From positions 96,001 through 160,000 of the forward strand of contig CAWFGE010000019.1 in the NCBI GenBank assembly GCA_963815195.1: a DNA stretch of 64,000 nt. The letters run 5' to 3'. Position 1 is the first letter of the stretch. Every line of letters starts with the position of its first letter. The translations under genes were made by a program, and so were the position numbers. Under the pieces are notes generated by a model, which was given only the letters and a program-made list of their open reading frames with translations, had not been told where the DNA came from and made no database searches. Source of the stretch: an uncultured Planctomycetaceae bacterium (GTDB lineage: Bacteria; Planctomycetota; Planctomycetia; Planctomycetales; Planctomycetaceae). Below, piece by piece: positions 11,110-22,646 of the stretch.

Positions 11110-12600
11110 TCATTCATAATTCCACTTCAGCGACCACGGGTCGTTCGTGCGTTTTTGGAAGGCTTGCACCTTCGCTTGCAGCTCTTTCAACTTGTCGGCG
11201 TATTTCGGATCCGTGGCGAGGTTTTGGATCTCCTGCGGATCCTTTTTCAAATCGTAAAGCTCGTGCCGCTGCCGATAGAGGTACTGGTAAACCGCCCGCT
11301 CACCGTAGTTCTCCGCATGGGTGTCTAACACTTCCTGCCAGGTGGGAGAGCGATAAAGGTCGGAAGCAAACGGGTAAGGCAGCGGGTGGGCGATGTTGAA
11401 GATGTATTTGTAATCGCCGCTGACGACCGCCCGCATCGGATAATACATCGTGATCTCGTGGAAGGTGTGGGACGCATAGTTCTCGTTCCAACCCGCGGGA
11501 TGCTCCTCTTCCAAGACCTTAAGAAACGATCGGCCGTGGAACTTGTAAGGCACCCCTTTGCCTCGCCCGGTGGTTTGGCGCTCGCCGGTGTTCTCGCCCG
11601 GGCGAACCGGCGGGCCGGGCTTGGGCTGGGCGCCACAATAATCCAGAACGGTGGGGGTGATGTCGGTCCACATCACCACGGCATCGTTGGTGACGCCCTT
11701 CTTCTTCGCGGAGGGCGCGCGGACGATCAACGGCAAGTTCATGCCCGGCTGATAGAGGTTCGTTTTCGCGCCGGGCCAAGGCGGGCCGTTGTCGCTGAGA
11801 AAAATCACCAGCGTGTCATCTTTGTGGCCGGTGTCGTCGAGGGCGTCCAAAAGCTGGCCCACGCCCTGGTCCGCCCGCGAGATCGCTTGATAGTATTCCG
11901 CCAATTCCTTCCGCGCGGTGAGCGTATCGTTCATCCACGCCGGCACGATGACCTCTTCGGGCTTGTAGGTGATCTTCTTCACGCCGGGATAATAGTCGGG
12001 GTCGTCGTTGTGATTCGCGAAGCCGTCCGGACCGCCGCCGCGGTGCGGGTCGCTGGTGCACCAATACAAAAAGAAGGGGCGCTCGTCCTTTTCTGCAATC
12101 CAGTCCCTGGCGTTCCGAGCCATGCGGACCGAGTTGCGATTCCCCTGAATGCCCTGGTTCCGGTATTCCTCGAAGTGATACACATACTCCGGGGCGAGAT
12201 GATACTTGCCGATGGAGCACGTCCGATAACCCGCTTCGCCCAGAATCACCGGCAGCGATTGCACCGTCTCATAAGTGCTGAAGTGATTGTAACCGTGCGC
12301 GTGCCCGTAATGTCCGGTGGCGTGATTGTAGAGCCCCGACATCAACACCGACCGGCTCGCGCTGCAACTGGCGGTCGTGCAACCGGCCCGCGTGAACCGG
12401 ATGCCTTCAGAAGCCAGGCGGTCGATGCCGGGCGTCTTGGCGACTTTGTTTCCATAACATCCCGCTTGAAAACCCAGGTCGTCCATGACGATCACGACCA
12501 CGTTTTTATGATTCGTCTCCGCCGCGTTCGCGGTTTGGGTCAGGCTTCCGAAGGGAAGCAGGGCCATCGACCAAACCGCCAAACAGAACATCGCGCGCAT
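11110..12600 (-). CDS. Secreted sulfatase (N-sulfoglucosamine sulfohydrolase-like)
   Basis: Signal peptide; [50 protein letters not shown]. Confidence 0.92.
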   Translation of the reverse strand: MRAMFCLAVWSMALLPFGSLTQTANAAETNHKNVVVIVMDDLGFQAGCYGNKVAKTPGIDRLASEGIRFTRAGCTTASCSASRSVLMSGLYNHATGHYGHAHGYNHFSTYETVQSLPVILGEAGYRTCSIGKYHLAPEYVYHFEEYRNQGIQGNRNSVRMARNARDWIAEKDERPFFLYWCTSDPHRGGGPDGFANHNDDPDYYPGVKKITYKPEEVIVPAWMNDTLTARKELAEYYQAISRADQGVGQLLDALDDTGHKDDTLVIFLSDNGPPWPGAKTNLYQPGMNLPLIVRAPSAKKKGVTNDAVVMWTDITPTVLDYCGAQPKPGPPVRPGENTGERQTTGRGKGVPYKFHGRSFLKVLEEEHPAGWNENYASHTFHEITMYYPMRAVVSGDYKYIFNIAHPLPYPFASDLYRSPTWQEVLDTHAENYGERAVYQYLYRQRHELYDLKKDPQEIQNLATDPKYADKLKELQAKVQAFQKRTNDPWSLKWNYE

Positions 12601-12682
12601 GAATCTCTCCCGGTGTGTCGCATGTGATGAAATACATTCGTGAAGAAGAAGTATAACATCCCCCACGGCCAGAATCATTGCT

Positions 12683-12761
12683 GGGTGGCACGCCCTGAGG
12701 AACGAAGGGCGTGGTCTTAGCGACTCGGCACGCCCTTCGCTGCGCTCAGGGCGTGCCACCC
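12683..12761. repeat. REP-like nested palindrome
   Basis: gggtggcacgccctgag ... ctcagggcgtgccaccc (17-bp perfect arms) with inner cgaagggcgtg/cacgcccttcg arms. Confidence 0.8.
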
Positions 12762-12781
12762 AACATCACTCTTGGTTCGCG

Positions 12782-14530
12782 TTACGCCGGGACGCGGGCG
12801 GCTTCTTCCTGGCGGCGGGTTTCGAGCATCTTGAGCACGGTTTTAACGCCCTCGGCGACGGGGACTTTGTCGGGAGCCTCTGCGGTGCGCCATTGGATTT
12901 CGACCTCGCCGTTTTTGAGGCCCTTGCCGCCGATGACGACCCTGAGCGGAATCCCGATCAAATCCGCATCCTTGAACTTGAAGCCCGGCCGGGCGCTGCG
13001 GTCGTCGAACAGCACATCGACGCCGGCTGCGGTCAATTCCTCGTAATAGCGGTTGGCGACGCTCTGCACCTCGTCATCATCCATGTTGAGCGGAATCACC
13101 AGCACGGAATAAGGGGCGATCGACAGCGGCCAGATCAGGCCGTTGTCGTCGTGCGACGTCTCGGCGGTCGAAGCGATAATGCGGTTGATGCCGATGCCGT
13201 AACAGCCCATGATGATCGCGTGCCGTTTTTCCTTCTCATCGAGAAACCGCGCATCGAGGGCTTCGCTGTATTTCGTGCCCAGCTTGAACACATGCCCGAC
13301 CTCGATGCCGTGGACGAGTTCCAGCGTGCCGGCGCAGTTCGGGCAAGGATCGCCCTCGGCCGCGTTTCGCAGATCGTAGGTCGTCGCGACGTGATAATCC
13401 CGCCCCGCGTTGACGCCGGTGTAATGGGCATCGGCGGCATTCGCCCCCGTGACGGCGTTCACGATTTGTGGCACATCGTGGTCGGCGATGATCGGACAGC
13501 CAATCCCCACCGGCCCCGCAAAACCGACGGGGGCCCCGGTGACTTTCTCGATCGTCTTCTCATCCGCGAATTCCAAAGACTCGGCCCCAAGCGCCCGGCG
13601 GATTTTGCCTTCGTTGGCCTCGCGATCGCCTCGAATCAGCACCGCGACGGGTTTTCCATCCGCCGAGTAGATCAAGGTCTTGATCATCGTTTTGGGATCG
13701 CATTTCAACAGCTTGCTGACCTGCTCGATGCTGGTCGTGCCGGGTGTCTTAACGAGCTTAAGGTCGGTGGACAGGTCAGGCGACATTGGATCGCTAGCCA
13801 AACGGCCGGTTTCGGCGCGTTCGAGGTTGGCCGCGTAGTTGCATTTCGGGCAGCGGACGATGCGGTCTTCGCCGTTGGGCGAAGGCACCATGAACTCGTG
13901 CGACGCATCGCCGCCGATGGGGCCGCTCTCGGCTTCCACCGGCAGATAATCCAGCCCGCAGCGGGCGAAAATCCGGCAGTAGGCCCGGTACATCTTCTGA
14001 TAGATTTCATCGAGCTGCGCGAGATTCGTGCTGAAGCTGTACGCGTCCTTCATCAGAAATTCGCTCGTCCTGAGAACGCCGAACCGCGGGCGTTCCTCGT
14101 TGCGGAATTTTGTTTGAATCTGGTACAAGGTCAACGGCAGTTGGCGGTAGCTTTGGATGTGCTGGGCCACGAGGTCGGTGACGACTTCTTCGTGCGTGGG
14201 GCCGAGCGCCAAATGGACTTTGCGGTCGCCGCGGGGAATTTCAAAGTTGATCAGCACGTTGCCGAAGGCCTCCCGCCGGCCCGTCCGCTCAAACAGATCG
14301 ATCGGCTGGAGAGCCGGCATGAACAGTTCCACAGCGCCCGCGGCGTCCATTTCCTCCCGGACGATCGCTTCCGCCTTGCGGATCGACCGCCAGCCCAAGG
14401 GCAGATAGGTATAGGCCCCGGCCATCAGTTGCCGAATCAGCCCCGCCCGCAGCATGAGTTGATGGCTGGGGACCTCGGCGTCGGCGGGGACCTCTTTCAT
14501 CGTGGGGATAAACGTCTTTGACCAACGCAA
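12782..14530 (-). CDS. proS: Proline--tRNA ligase (bacterial type with insertion editing domain)
   Basis: [51 protein letters not shown], anticodon-binding domain; probable TTG start at 14530. Confidence 0.97.
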   Translation of the reverse strand: MRWSKTFIPTMKEVPADAEVPSHQLMLRAGLIRQLMAGAYTYLPLGWRSIRKAEAIVREEMDAAGAVELFMPALQPIDLFERTGRREAFGNVLINFEIPRGDRKVHLALGPTHEEVVTDLVAQHIQSYRQLPLTLYQIQTKFRNEERPRFGVLRTSEFLMKDAYSFSTNLAQLDEIYQKMYRAYCRIFARCGLDYLPVEAESGPIGGDASHEFMVPSPNGEDRIVRCPKCNYAANLERAETGRLASDPMSPDLSTDLKLVKTPGTTSIEQVSKLLKCDPKTMIKTLIYSADGKPVAVLIRGDREANEGKIRRALGAESLEFADEKTIEKVTGAPVGFAGPVGIGCPIIADHDVPQIVNAVTGANAADAHYTGVNAGRDYHVATTYDLRNAAEGDPCPNCAGTLELVHGIEVGHVFKLGTKYSEALDARFLDEKEKRHAIIMGCYGIGINRIIASTAETSHDDNGLIWPLSIAPYSVLVIPLNMDDDEVQSVANRYYEELTAAGVDVLFDDRSARPGFKFKDADLIGIPLRVVIGGKGLKNGEVEIQWRTAEAPDKVPVAEGVKTVLKMLETRRQEEAARVPA

Positions 14531-14611
14531 GGCAGCATCCTTTCCAGGGGGAATCAAACCGAATGCGGATCAAAAACCGCAGCCGGCAAACCTTTATTTA
14601 AATATAAATCG

Positions 14612-14911
14612 ACGGGCCGGCATTTTAGCAGACCCCCCGGCCCCCAAAAAGGTTCGATGGTCTTATTCCTGTTCCTCAAAATCTAAGCGGTTGGGTGGCT
14701 GGGGCGAAGATTTCTCTGTGAATAAAAGTTAGGCAAGCGAATACTGGGGCGATGGACGCGAGAGAAACAACACCCATCGTCCCAGCTTTCGGAACGCATT
14801 TTCGCTTGATCCATTCCTTTGCGCCCGAGCCACCCGCCGGCGCCGCCCGGAAATCCTAAACATACGGGGCGGCATTTTAGCAGACGCCCCGGCTCCCAAA
14901 AAGGTTCGATG
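14612..14911 (-). promoter_or_regulatory. Duplicated ~48-bp segment, each copy with an extended -10 (TGCTAAAAT), upstream of proS
   Basis: Direct repeat at 14612-14659 and 14864-14911 (ggcattttagcagac..cccggc.cccaaaaaggttcgatg). Confidence 0.6.
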
Positions 14912-14949
14912 CGGGCAATTCCCCACGGCCTGATCCGGATGATGCGAGA

Positions 14950-16569
14950 TTACGGCCCCGTGAACGGTGGCGGAGTCGCGCGAAAGCCCTGCTGCAACCA
15001 GGACTCGTTCAATTCCTTCGCCATCCGCACGAGCAGATTCTGGACCTGGCGATGCACGCTCACGCGGTTTTTGACGATGAACAGATTGTCGACGATGCGG
15101 ATTCGGCCGTCGCCTTGGGGTTCCCAGGTTTTGGGTTCCACCAGATCATAGATCAACTGCCGAACTTCTTCGGGTTTGGCTGACCCGTGCAGGAGGTAGA
15201 CTTCGATGACCACATCCTCCGGCTTGGGTATTGCGGGACCTTCGAGCGGCGGCGCACCTTTGGCCTTTCTCTCCTTGATATTTTCCCGGAGTCGATCCAG
15301 AACCGCGGCGACCTCGGCTTGAACTCTTTCCGTTTGCCAGATCAAAACCAGGCCCGGCAGCGGTTCGGAAAAGCGGCCTCCGGTTCCGTCGATCTCCTCC
15401 CAAGGCCCCGAGGTTTCATTCCCCAAGGCCCGCTCCAATTGGCCGCGCTCGATCAATCCCGAACGCATCAAATCCCGCACGTCATAACCCACCGTGTGGA
15501 GCTTTTCGTCCGCGGCAATGATGGTGGTGATCGTGAGCGCCCCATCGGAAACAATCGCTTCCAAGCCCAACGGTTCGAGAATCCACCTGAGCACCGATTT
15601 GAACGTCATATCTTTGAGTTCGATTGTGATCGGCTCGTCCGGCGTGAGGCCTTCTTCGATGAGGGCCTGCTCATTCAGCACGATCGGGATTTTCAGTTCT
15701 TTGGCAAAATGAGCGGCGACTTCTTTAAGCGGGGTCTTTTGAAAATCCACCGACACCCGTTTGGCGAACGCCCGGCGGATTTCGAGCGTCTTGCTGTGGG
15801 GCGAAAGGCTGTCGAGGAACACGCTCTGGTCCTTGCCGAACTTGTCGTGGATAAACAACCGCAAGAGTTCGAGCACGCCCGGAATTTCATCGTGCACGCG
15901 TTCCGTTTGTCGGACCGACAGCACGCCGCCGTAGGCTTCCAACTGGCCGCCCGTGCCGTCCACATCGACCCAGGGTCCGCTGGTGTCGTACTCGATCATT
16001 TCTTCCAACCAGGAACGGCTGCGGTCCGTTCGAATCAATGTGTGGGCGCGAGCCCGCGGTTCGTAGCGGTGCGCCTCTTCCCATTTGAGCAAATCCGCGA
16101 TGTCGTAGTGCCGATTGTGAAGCCTTTCCTCCAGGGCGATCAGCGTCGTAATCTCAATCGCTTCGTTCTCGACGTCATAGCCCAGGCCCAGACGCTCCAG
16201 CATCTGGTCCAGAGCTTGTTTGAGCGGAGTCTCTTTCGCCTGGAATGACACCGGCTCATCGATCGCGACGCCTTCTTCCGTCAGCCCCTGTTCGTCGATC
16301 AGGAAGGAGACTCCGGCGGCTTTTTGGATTCGCTCGACCGCTTCGTCGAGCGGGACACTCTTTAGCTCCAATGTGATCGACTTTTCCAGCGCCTCGCGAA
16401 TCCTCGCTTCGGTTTCTCTCTGGGCGCGGGCCAGATCGACAAACGGGTTTAGCGATTCCCCCGCGGCGGCGGTTTCCTCGGCCATCGCCGATTCCTTCGG
16501 TTTCCCGGCGGACTTCTGCACGCAGCCAGCGAGACAGACAATCACAATCGGCCACAAATAACGCAACAT
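14950..16569 (-). CDS. Lipoprotein made of STN and secretin-N-like repeats, no secretin barrel (paralogue 1)
   Basis: Lipobox LAGC; two copies of PL..IDEQ.L.EEG...DEP plus TSGPW..DGTGG..V.QTERV; a final N-like domain. Confidence 0.75.
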   Translation of the reverse strand: MLRYLWPIVIVCLAGCVQKSAGKPKESAMAEETAAAGESLNPFVDLARAQRETEARIREALEKSITLELKSVPLDEAVERIQKAAGVSFLIDEQGLTEEGVAIDEPVSFQAKETPLKQALDQMLERLGLGYDVENEAIEITTLIALEERLHNRHYDIADLLKWEEAHRYEPRARAHTLIRTDRSRSWLEEMIEYDTSGPWVDVDGTGGQLEAYGGVLSVRQTERVHDEIPGVLELLRLFIHDKFGKDQSVFLDSLSPHSKTLEIRRAFAKRVSVDFQKTPLKEVAAHFAKELKIPIVLNEQALIEEGLTPDEPITIELKDMTFKSVLRWILEPLGLEAIVSDGALTITTIIAADEKLHTVGYDVRDLMRSGLIERGQLERALGNETSGPWEEIDGTGGRFSEPLPGLVLIWQTERVQAEVAAVLDRLRENIKERKAKGAPPLEGPAIPKPEDVVIEVYLLHGSAKPEEVRQLIYDLVEPKTWEPQGDGRIRIVDNLFIVKNRVSVHRQVQNLLVRMAKELNESWLQQGFRATPPPFTGP

Positions 16570-16651
16570 GAATACGGGTCCTTTCTCGCTCAATGAGCGG
16601 GGCAGTTTTTCTTCCTCAAATTGTTAGGGCGGGCATCCGTGTCTCCCGATG

Positions 16652-16753
16652 AACCGGGACTAACGCCCTGCGGCTAATAAATAAATGCTTTCCCATTGGC
16701 CGCCGGGCGCTAGCCCCGGTTCTTTTCCATTAGCCGCCGGGCGCTAGCCCAGG
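16652..16753. repeat. Cluster of REP-like units (consensus ttagccgcngggcgctagccccggtt)
   Basis: Copies at 16652-16677 (inverted), 16696-16721 and 16730-16753; same family at 62831-62856 and 62916-62941. Confidence 0.75.
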
Positions 16754-16839
16754 CCGTTAAAAATCTGGTGTTGACGACGATATGTCTTTGCGCAGCTTTT
16801 CGACCGTTCGTAAATTCAACTGTTTCAAATTTGAGAAAA

Positions 16840-17052
16840 AGGACCGAAGGTCCGGCCCTATGTCAGCCTGGGAACGGGAACGAACAAAATGCCGAAGCCC
16901 CAACGGGGCGGCCCTAAATCGCAATGGGTTGTTCCGTGGCGAGAGTTGCCACATAGGGCCGCCCCCTTGGGGCTTGCGTTTCATTGATCGTCCGTAACCC
17001 AGGGCGGCGCTGCGCTGGCCCTGGGCTGGCATAGAGCCCGGCCTTCGGCCCT
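16840..17052. mobile_element. MITE/REPIN-like nested palindromic element, copy 1
   Basis: Terminal arms aggaccgaaggtccggccctatgtcagcc / ggctggcatagagcccggccttcggccct; inner gccccaacggggcggccct / agggccgcccccttggggc; homologous to 31698-31951. Confidence 0.7.
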
Positions 17053-17160
17053 AATGCTTTCCCAAAAAAAACGAGAACAAAGGTGGCGCAAGCCAGAACC
17101 CGCGTTTTTAGACTTCAATATCAATTTTTTTACAGCCCAGGCTAGCCCCGGTTCGTTGAG

Positions 17161-18966
17161 TCATTCCGGATGCTTCGCCGGAGCCACGCGGAAGAAGCCG
17201 CCGGCTCCGCCGCCACCCATGCCCCCGCCGCCGAATCCGCCGCCACCCATGCCCCCGCCGCCGATGTTGCCGTTGCCGTCGCCGAAGGATCCGCCCTGGT
17301 AGGGCGGCTGGTCGGCTTTGTGCAGCTTTTTGAGGAACTCCTCCACCTCGTCCTGCACGGCGTTTTTGTTTTTGACGATCAGCGTGTGATCGATGATCAC
17401 GATGTTCCCCTCGCCGCCTTGCCCGCTCCAGGATTTGGGTTCCACGAGCGCGAACAGGGCTTTCTGCACGCTCTCCGGATCGGAGATGAAATGCATGCGG
17501 TACATTTTCGTCGTGACTTTCTGCGGATCGGGCGGCGCCGGCTCGGCTTGGGCGGCCGGCGTTTTCTGGATCTCTTTTCGCAGGTCCGCCAGGATGCCCG
17601 CGACCTGATTGCGGACTTTTTGCGTCTGGCGGACCACCAACAGACCGTCGAGCGGGGCTGCGACCGAGCCCCCGGTGCCGTCAATATTAATCCAGGGGCC
17701 GGAGGTCTCGTTCGTCAGCAGGTTCGTGAGCACCTGCCCGCGGTATTTGTTCTGATCCAAATCCCGCACATCATAAACCGCGGTGACGAGGCGTTCCTCG
17801 GCGGCGATATTCGTCGTCACATACAACTGCCCGTCCTCGACCAACGCGGTCAATCCCAGCGGATCGAGCTTGACTTTCAAAAGCGACCCGGCCGGCATGT
17901 CTTTGAGGTCCACGTTGACGGGCTCATCGATGGCAATGCCTTCCTCGGTCCAGGCCGGCTCATCGATGTTGACAGGCACGCCGAGCTTCTCGCCCATCTC
18001 GTCCAGGAACTCGTGAATCGGCATGTCCTTACACTTCGCGCTGACGACTTTCACGAGGGCCTTTTTGACCCTTTGATCTTCATCGGTCGCGTAATACGGC
18101 GGATGGATCTCGACGGACTTGGCGGGGAACTCGCGTTTGGTGAATTGCACGAGGGCTTTGAGGAGTTGATCGATCTCCGTCTGCACTTTATGCGTCTGGC
18201 GAATGACGAGATTGTTATTGACATAGGAAATCGAACCGCCCGTGCCGTCTACGGGTATCCACGGGCCGCTTGTATAATTCTGCAACGTGGAAATCAGCCA
18301 GGTCGGCGCGTCCGGCGAGATTGGCGGCAGGTAGCCCGAAGCTCCGAAGCCGCCGCAACCGCCAACGCCGAACTGCACGGGTTGGAGTTCCGAGAAAGGC
18401 CCCTCTCCCGCGGCCTCGGTGCGGTGTTTCTTGGCGTATTCCAGAAGGTCCCCCACCGGATAGGTGCGGGTCACGAGGATGTCCTCCGCGGCGATGAGCG
18501 TGGTGACTTTGACCAGGTCGTCATCGACGATCCACGTCAAGCCCAAAGGCGGCAGAATGCGGTCCAACAGCCGCGCCCCGGCCACGGGTTGGCCCGCGCG
18601 GTTGATCGGCTCGTCGATCGCCACGCCTTCTTCGGCGAGAGCTTGCTCATCAATCATGATGTTCGTGCCGGTCTTCTGGGCAATAAACCCCACGGCATCC
18701 TGCAAAGGAGTGTCCTCAAACATAACCTCCACCGGTTCCCGCAGCCACGCGTCGATCTCCGCCGGGGTCGCCGCGGCCCGGCGGGAAAACTGCACGGGGG
18801 AGGCCGCTTTCTTGCCCTCGGCGTTCTTGTCTTTGGCCTTGGCTTGGGGAGTTGGTTGTTCCTTCGGTTTGTCCTTCCCGTCCGTCTGGGCGGCAAGCGG
18901 ATTCCGCCCGGCGAGGCCCAGCGCGAGAACGCAAAGAAAACCAAGCAGCCGAGGAGAGCGTGACAT
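17161..18966 (-). CDS. Secreted STN/secretin-N repeat protein with Gly-rich C-terminus (paralogue 2)
   Basis: Signal peptide; same repeat architecture as 14950-16569; ends GGGGMGGGGFGGGGMGGGGAGGFF. Confidence 0.78.
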   Translation of the reverse strand: MSRSPRLLGFLCVLALGLAGRNPLAAQTDGKDKPKEQPTPQAKAKDKNAEGKKAASPVQFSRRAAATPAEIDAWLREPVEVMFEDTPLQDAVGFIAQKTGTNIMIDEQALAEEGVAIDEPINRAGQPVAGARLLDRILPPLGLTWIVDDDLVKVTTLIAAEDILVTRTYPVGDLLEYAKKHRTEAAGEGPFSELQPVQFGVGGCGGFGASGYLPPISPDAPTWLISTLQNYTSGPWIPVDGTGGSISYVNNNLVIRQTHKVQTEIDQLLKALVQFTKREFPAKSVEIHPPYYATDEDQRVKKALVKVVSAKCKDMPIHEFLDEMGEKLGVPVNIDEPAWTEEGIAIDEPVNVDLKDMPAGSLLKVKLDPLGLTALVEDGQLYVTTNIAAEERLVTAVYDVRDLDQNKYRGQVLTNLLTNETSGPWINIDGTGGSVAAPLDGLLVVRQTQKVRNQVAGILADLRKEIQKTPAAQAEPAPPDPQKVTTKMYRMHFISDPESVQKALFALVEPKSWSGQGGEGNIVIIDHTLIVKNKNAVQDEVEEFLKKLHKADQPPYQGGSFGDGNGNIGGGGMGGGGFGGGGMGGGGAGGFFRVAPAKHPE

Positions 18967-19085
18967 GTTTCATCCTTCCAATCAGAAAAGGCCGGAGATG
19001 TTCCTGAGAATTCTTAAAGGGCGACGATTGCCGGTTTCGGGATTTTTTTGATGGGAAATGACCATTCGAGTATACCAGCCACGGC

Positions 19086-20851
19086 TCAATCGGCGCGCTG
19101 GAAAGATCGCGGCTTCGCCGCCGGCGGGACGCGGAATACGCAACAGCCCATGCAAGGCCACCGAAAGCCCTCCTGTGGATTGCCGTTGTCGTCGAGGTTC
19201 GAGTCGTTCGCACGCCTAAGTTGGGGCGAGCCGTCCGCCCGATAAAGTTGAGTGAGGAGCTTCTCGACTTCTTTCTGCACGGCGATCTGGTTTTTGATGA
19301 TCAGCGTATGATCGACGATCACAATGCTCCCCGTGCCGCCTTGACCGGTCCAGGAGGCGGCCTCGATCAATCCGAGAATGGCGGCCCGCACGCTGGGGAG
19401 GTTGGAGACGAAATCGAGGCGGTACAGTCTTGTGATGACTTTGCGGGGATCGGGCGGAGCCGGCTCGGCGACGGCGGGCATGGGTTTCATTTCTTTTCGC
19501 AATTCCGCGAGCAGAGCTGAAATCTCCGTGTGCACTTTTTGCGTCTGGCGGACGACGAGGAGTCCCGCGAAAGGGGCCTCCACTTTTCCCCCTTCGCCGT
19601 CGATGTTCTGCCAAGGGCCGGAGGTCTCGTTCTCGACCGCTTGGGCGACGCGGGGCCGCTGTTTTGGCGGAGGCCCAAATCCCGCACATCATAAAGCGTC
19701 GTGACGAGCCGTTTCTCGGCGGCGGGGATCGTGGTCACAAACAACTGCCCGTCCACCGCCAACACGGTGAGTGAAAACCGCGTTAGCGCCTGATCGAGCA
19801 CGGACCTGGCCGGGACGTTTTGGAGTTGGGCCGTCACCCTTTCGTCGAGCGAAATCCGCTCCTTCGCCAAGGCGGGCTGGTCGAGAACTAACGGCACGTC
19901 GAGAGTCCAGGCCACTTCATCGAGGAACCGGCCCACCGGCATTTTGTCCGCCGAGATGCTGACGGTTTTCGCGAGGGCCTTTCGGACGGCCTCATCTTCC
20001 TGCGTGCCATAGTAGGGCGGATGAATCGCGACCGCTTTGGGTATCAACGGCACCTGGGTGAATTGTCGAAGCGTTTTAAGAATCTGATCGATCTCGGTCT
20101 GCACTTTATGAGTTTGGCGAACGACGAGGTGGTTTTCGAAGTACGAGATCGAACCGCCCATGCCGTCGATGACAGTCCAGGGGCCGCTGGTGAGATCCTG
20201 CAACAGTGACATCAACCACAACGGCGCGTCCCGCGGGATTGGCTCGTAGGCGGGTCCGCCATCACTGACACCCGGGCCGGGATCCGGGCGGTGGGTCTTG
20301 GCGTATTTCAGAATTTCCGCCACCCGATAGGTGCGGGTGACGAGAATTTCCTCCGCCGCCGACTTCGTCGTTACCTGGATCATGTTGTCATGCACGAACC
20401 ACGTCAGGTCCAGTGGTTCCAGAATGCGATCCAGGCAGCGAGCCAACGCGACGGGCGTTTGGTCGCAGGTCACCGCAACGTCCATCGCCACGCCTTTCTT
20501 GGCGAGGGCCTGTTGGTCGATCACGAAGTTCAGGCCGGTGGCATCGCGGAAGAACTCGATGCAAGCGGCCAGCGGCGTGTCGATGAACTCCGCATCAAAT
20601 CCGGGATCGTTCAACGTCCTTTGAACATCTTCCGCCGACGGCGCGGCGGTTTGGGAAAGCTGCACAACGGACGCGGTTTTCTTCTCTCCGGCCGCCGTTC
20701 CTTTGGTCTTGGCAGGATCGGGCGATTGCTGTACCAACCGCGTTTCGGCGGGGTCCGCCTTCGAGAGCGCCTGCGCGCACAGCGGATTCCGCCCCGCAAC
20801 AGCCGATATCAATAAACAAAAGATCCCAAACTGCAACGCACGCCGCGGCAT
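19086..20851 (-). CDS. Secreted STN/secretin-N repeat protein (paralogue 3); frameshift at ~19650
   Basis: ORFs 19487-20851 and 19086-19583 join into a protein collinear with paralogue 2 (shared RQTHKVQTEIDQ, IHPPYY, DHTLI). Confidence 0.75.
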
Positions 20852-21236
20852 GATTCATCCTTCCGGTCAAAAACTCGGGAGTGCTGGCGAGGGCTTTTAA
20901 AATCAGACAGGGATCCCCACCATAAACAAAATGCACCCCGCCCGGCGGATTGTGCAATTTCGCGCGAAAAAACCGAAATCATCGGCCTTTCGAGGCATAT
21001 ATATGTTTAGGTAAAACCAGCAATTCCTGTACGATTCTTCGTGCCTTCGTGGTTTAATCCATTCCAGCACACCACTTAAGTTCATTATTCGCGTCCGACT
21101 CCCCCATTTGAGTTTCCCTCAATTGGCCCGGCAAGACATTCCGATTTTAACAGTAATCCGATTGGGCCTGCGCACTGGATGACGTTGAGCCGTTCCGTGA
21201 CGGGACCACGCCGCATTCCGAACAGGATTCGAGGCC

Positions 21237-22646
21237 ATGCAGGAAACGCAAACACGCGACTCGGCGGGATTGGGAAACAAGACCGAACACTCCGCAGCCG
21301 AGGCGAACTGGGCGGCCGCGGTGGGGATGTCGCCGCTCTTATGGGGCGGAGCGCTCACGGTCGGCTTCTACGAAGCGATCCCCTACCTGCCCGTCAAAAG
21401 CGAATTGGCGAAGCGGTATTTTTGCGGGCACCCGCTGGAATATGCGATCGCGGGATTGTTCTTTCTGGGCATTGCGATCTTGGCGCTCAAGATGTTCCGC
21501 CTGAGCACCGAAAAAGCCGCCCTCGGGGCCGAGGAACTGGGCGAGGCGGATCTCTCCCCCACAGGCGATGCCCTGGAAATGGCCGGCCGGTTGGAAGCCC
21601 ACGCGAAATCTCTGCCCCGCGGCTGGCGGCAGACGGTCTTGCTGCGGCGGATCAGCGATGTGTGCCGGTACGTCAAAGGCCGCCGGTCGGCCGACGGTTT
21701 GGAAGAGCATTTGAAATACCTCGCGGATCAATCCTACGACCGCGCCCACGAGAGTTTCGGGCTGGTCCGCACGATCAATTGGGCGGTGCCGATTATTGGG
21801 TTCTTGGGAACGGTGGTGGGGATCACGCTGGCGATTGCCAACGTCACGCCCGACCAATTGGACACGTCGCTCAACGCCGTCACCGGCGGCCTCGCGGTGG
21901 CGTTTGACACCACGGCCCTGTCCCTGTCGCTGACCTTGGTCCTGGTGTTTTTCTATTTTGTCGTGGAACGCTCCGAGCAGCAGATTCTTTCCCGCGTCGA
22001 AGACTTCGGCAGCCGGCGGTTGGCGTGTTTGTTCCCGATTTCCCGCGGCGGATCGCAGGGAACGCTCGCCGATGTCGAGCACCAGGCGGCCCGGCAGCTT
22101 TTGGAAAAAACGGAAGCCCTGATCACCTGGCAAACGGAGCTTTGGAAAGATTCGCTCGAATCCCTCAGAACGCGGTGGACGGACACGCTGGCCGATCAGC
22201 AGGGGCAGTTGAGCCTGTCGCTTCAGAAAGGCATGTCCTCGACGCTGGCCGATCATTCTCGGCAGCTCGCGGAGCTTCGCGGCGGTTTTATGGACGCATT
22301 TCAAAAGATCACCGAACAAGTGCAACACCAGATCGCCGCGGCCCAGGCCGAGCAGAATCAAAAGATGGATGCGCTGGTGACGGTGCTGTTCGAGAAAACC
22401 ACCGACTGGCAAAAGCAACTGGCGAAGACGACCGCCGTCATGCAGCAGGAGTTGGAGGAACTCAAATCGCACAAAGACGTGCTCCTCAAAGTCGTCGCGG
22501 GCGAAGAGGACCTGGTGCGTCTGCAAAACCGTCTCACCGACAACCTGGAAGCCGTGCGGACGGCCGAAGCCTTCGAGCAGACGCTGCACAGCTTGAGCGC
22601 CGCGGTGCATCTCCTCACCGCCCGCACGCGCCCGAACGCCGCGTGA
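21237..22646 (+). CDS. MotA/TolQ/ExbB proton-channel family protein with long C-terminal coiled-coil tail
   Basis: WAVPIIGFLGTVVGITLAI and GGLAVAFDTTALSL are typical TolQ/ExbB helices; about 220 aa of Q/E/L-rich helical sequence follow. Confidence 0.88.
   Translation: MQETQTRDSAGLGNKTEHSAAEANWAAAVGMSPLLWGGALTVGFYEAIPYLPVKSELAKRYFCGHPLEYAIAGLFFLGIAILALKMFRLSTEKAALGAEELGEADLSPTGDALEMAGRLEAHAKSLPRGWRQTVLLRRISDVCRYVKGRRSADGLEEHLKYLADQSYDRAHESFGLVRTINWAVPIIGFLGTVVGITLAIANVTPDQLDTSLNAVTGGLAVAFDTTALSLSLTLVLVFFYFVVERSEQQILSRVEDFGSRRLACLFPISRGGSQGTLADVEHQAARQLLEKTEALITWQTELWKDSLESLRTRWTDTLADQQGQLSLSLQKGMSSTLADHSRQLAELRGGFMDAFQKITEQVQHQIAAAQAEQNQKMDALVTVLFEKTTDWQKQLAKTTAVMQQELEELKSHKDVLLKVVAGEEDLVRLQNRLTDNLEAVRTAEAFEQTLHSLSAAVHLLTARTRPNAA

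Noticed and set aside
14950..20851. Calling the paralogues GspD/PilQ secretins
   Set aside because: No C-terminal secretin domain and no type II secretion or pilus genes adjacent.
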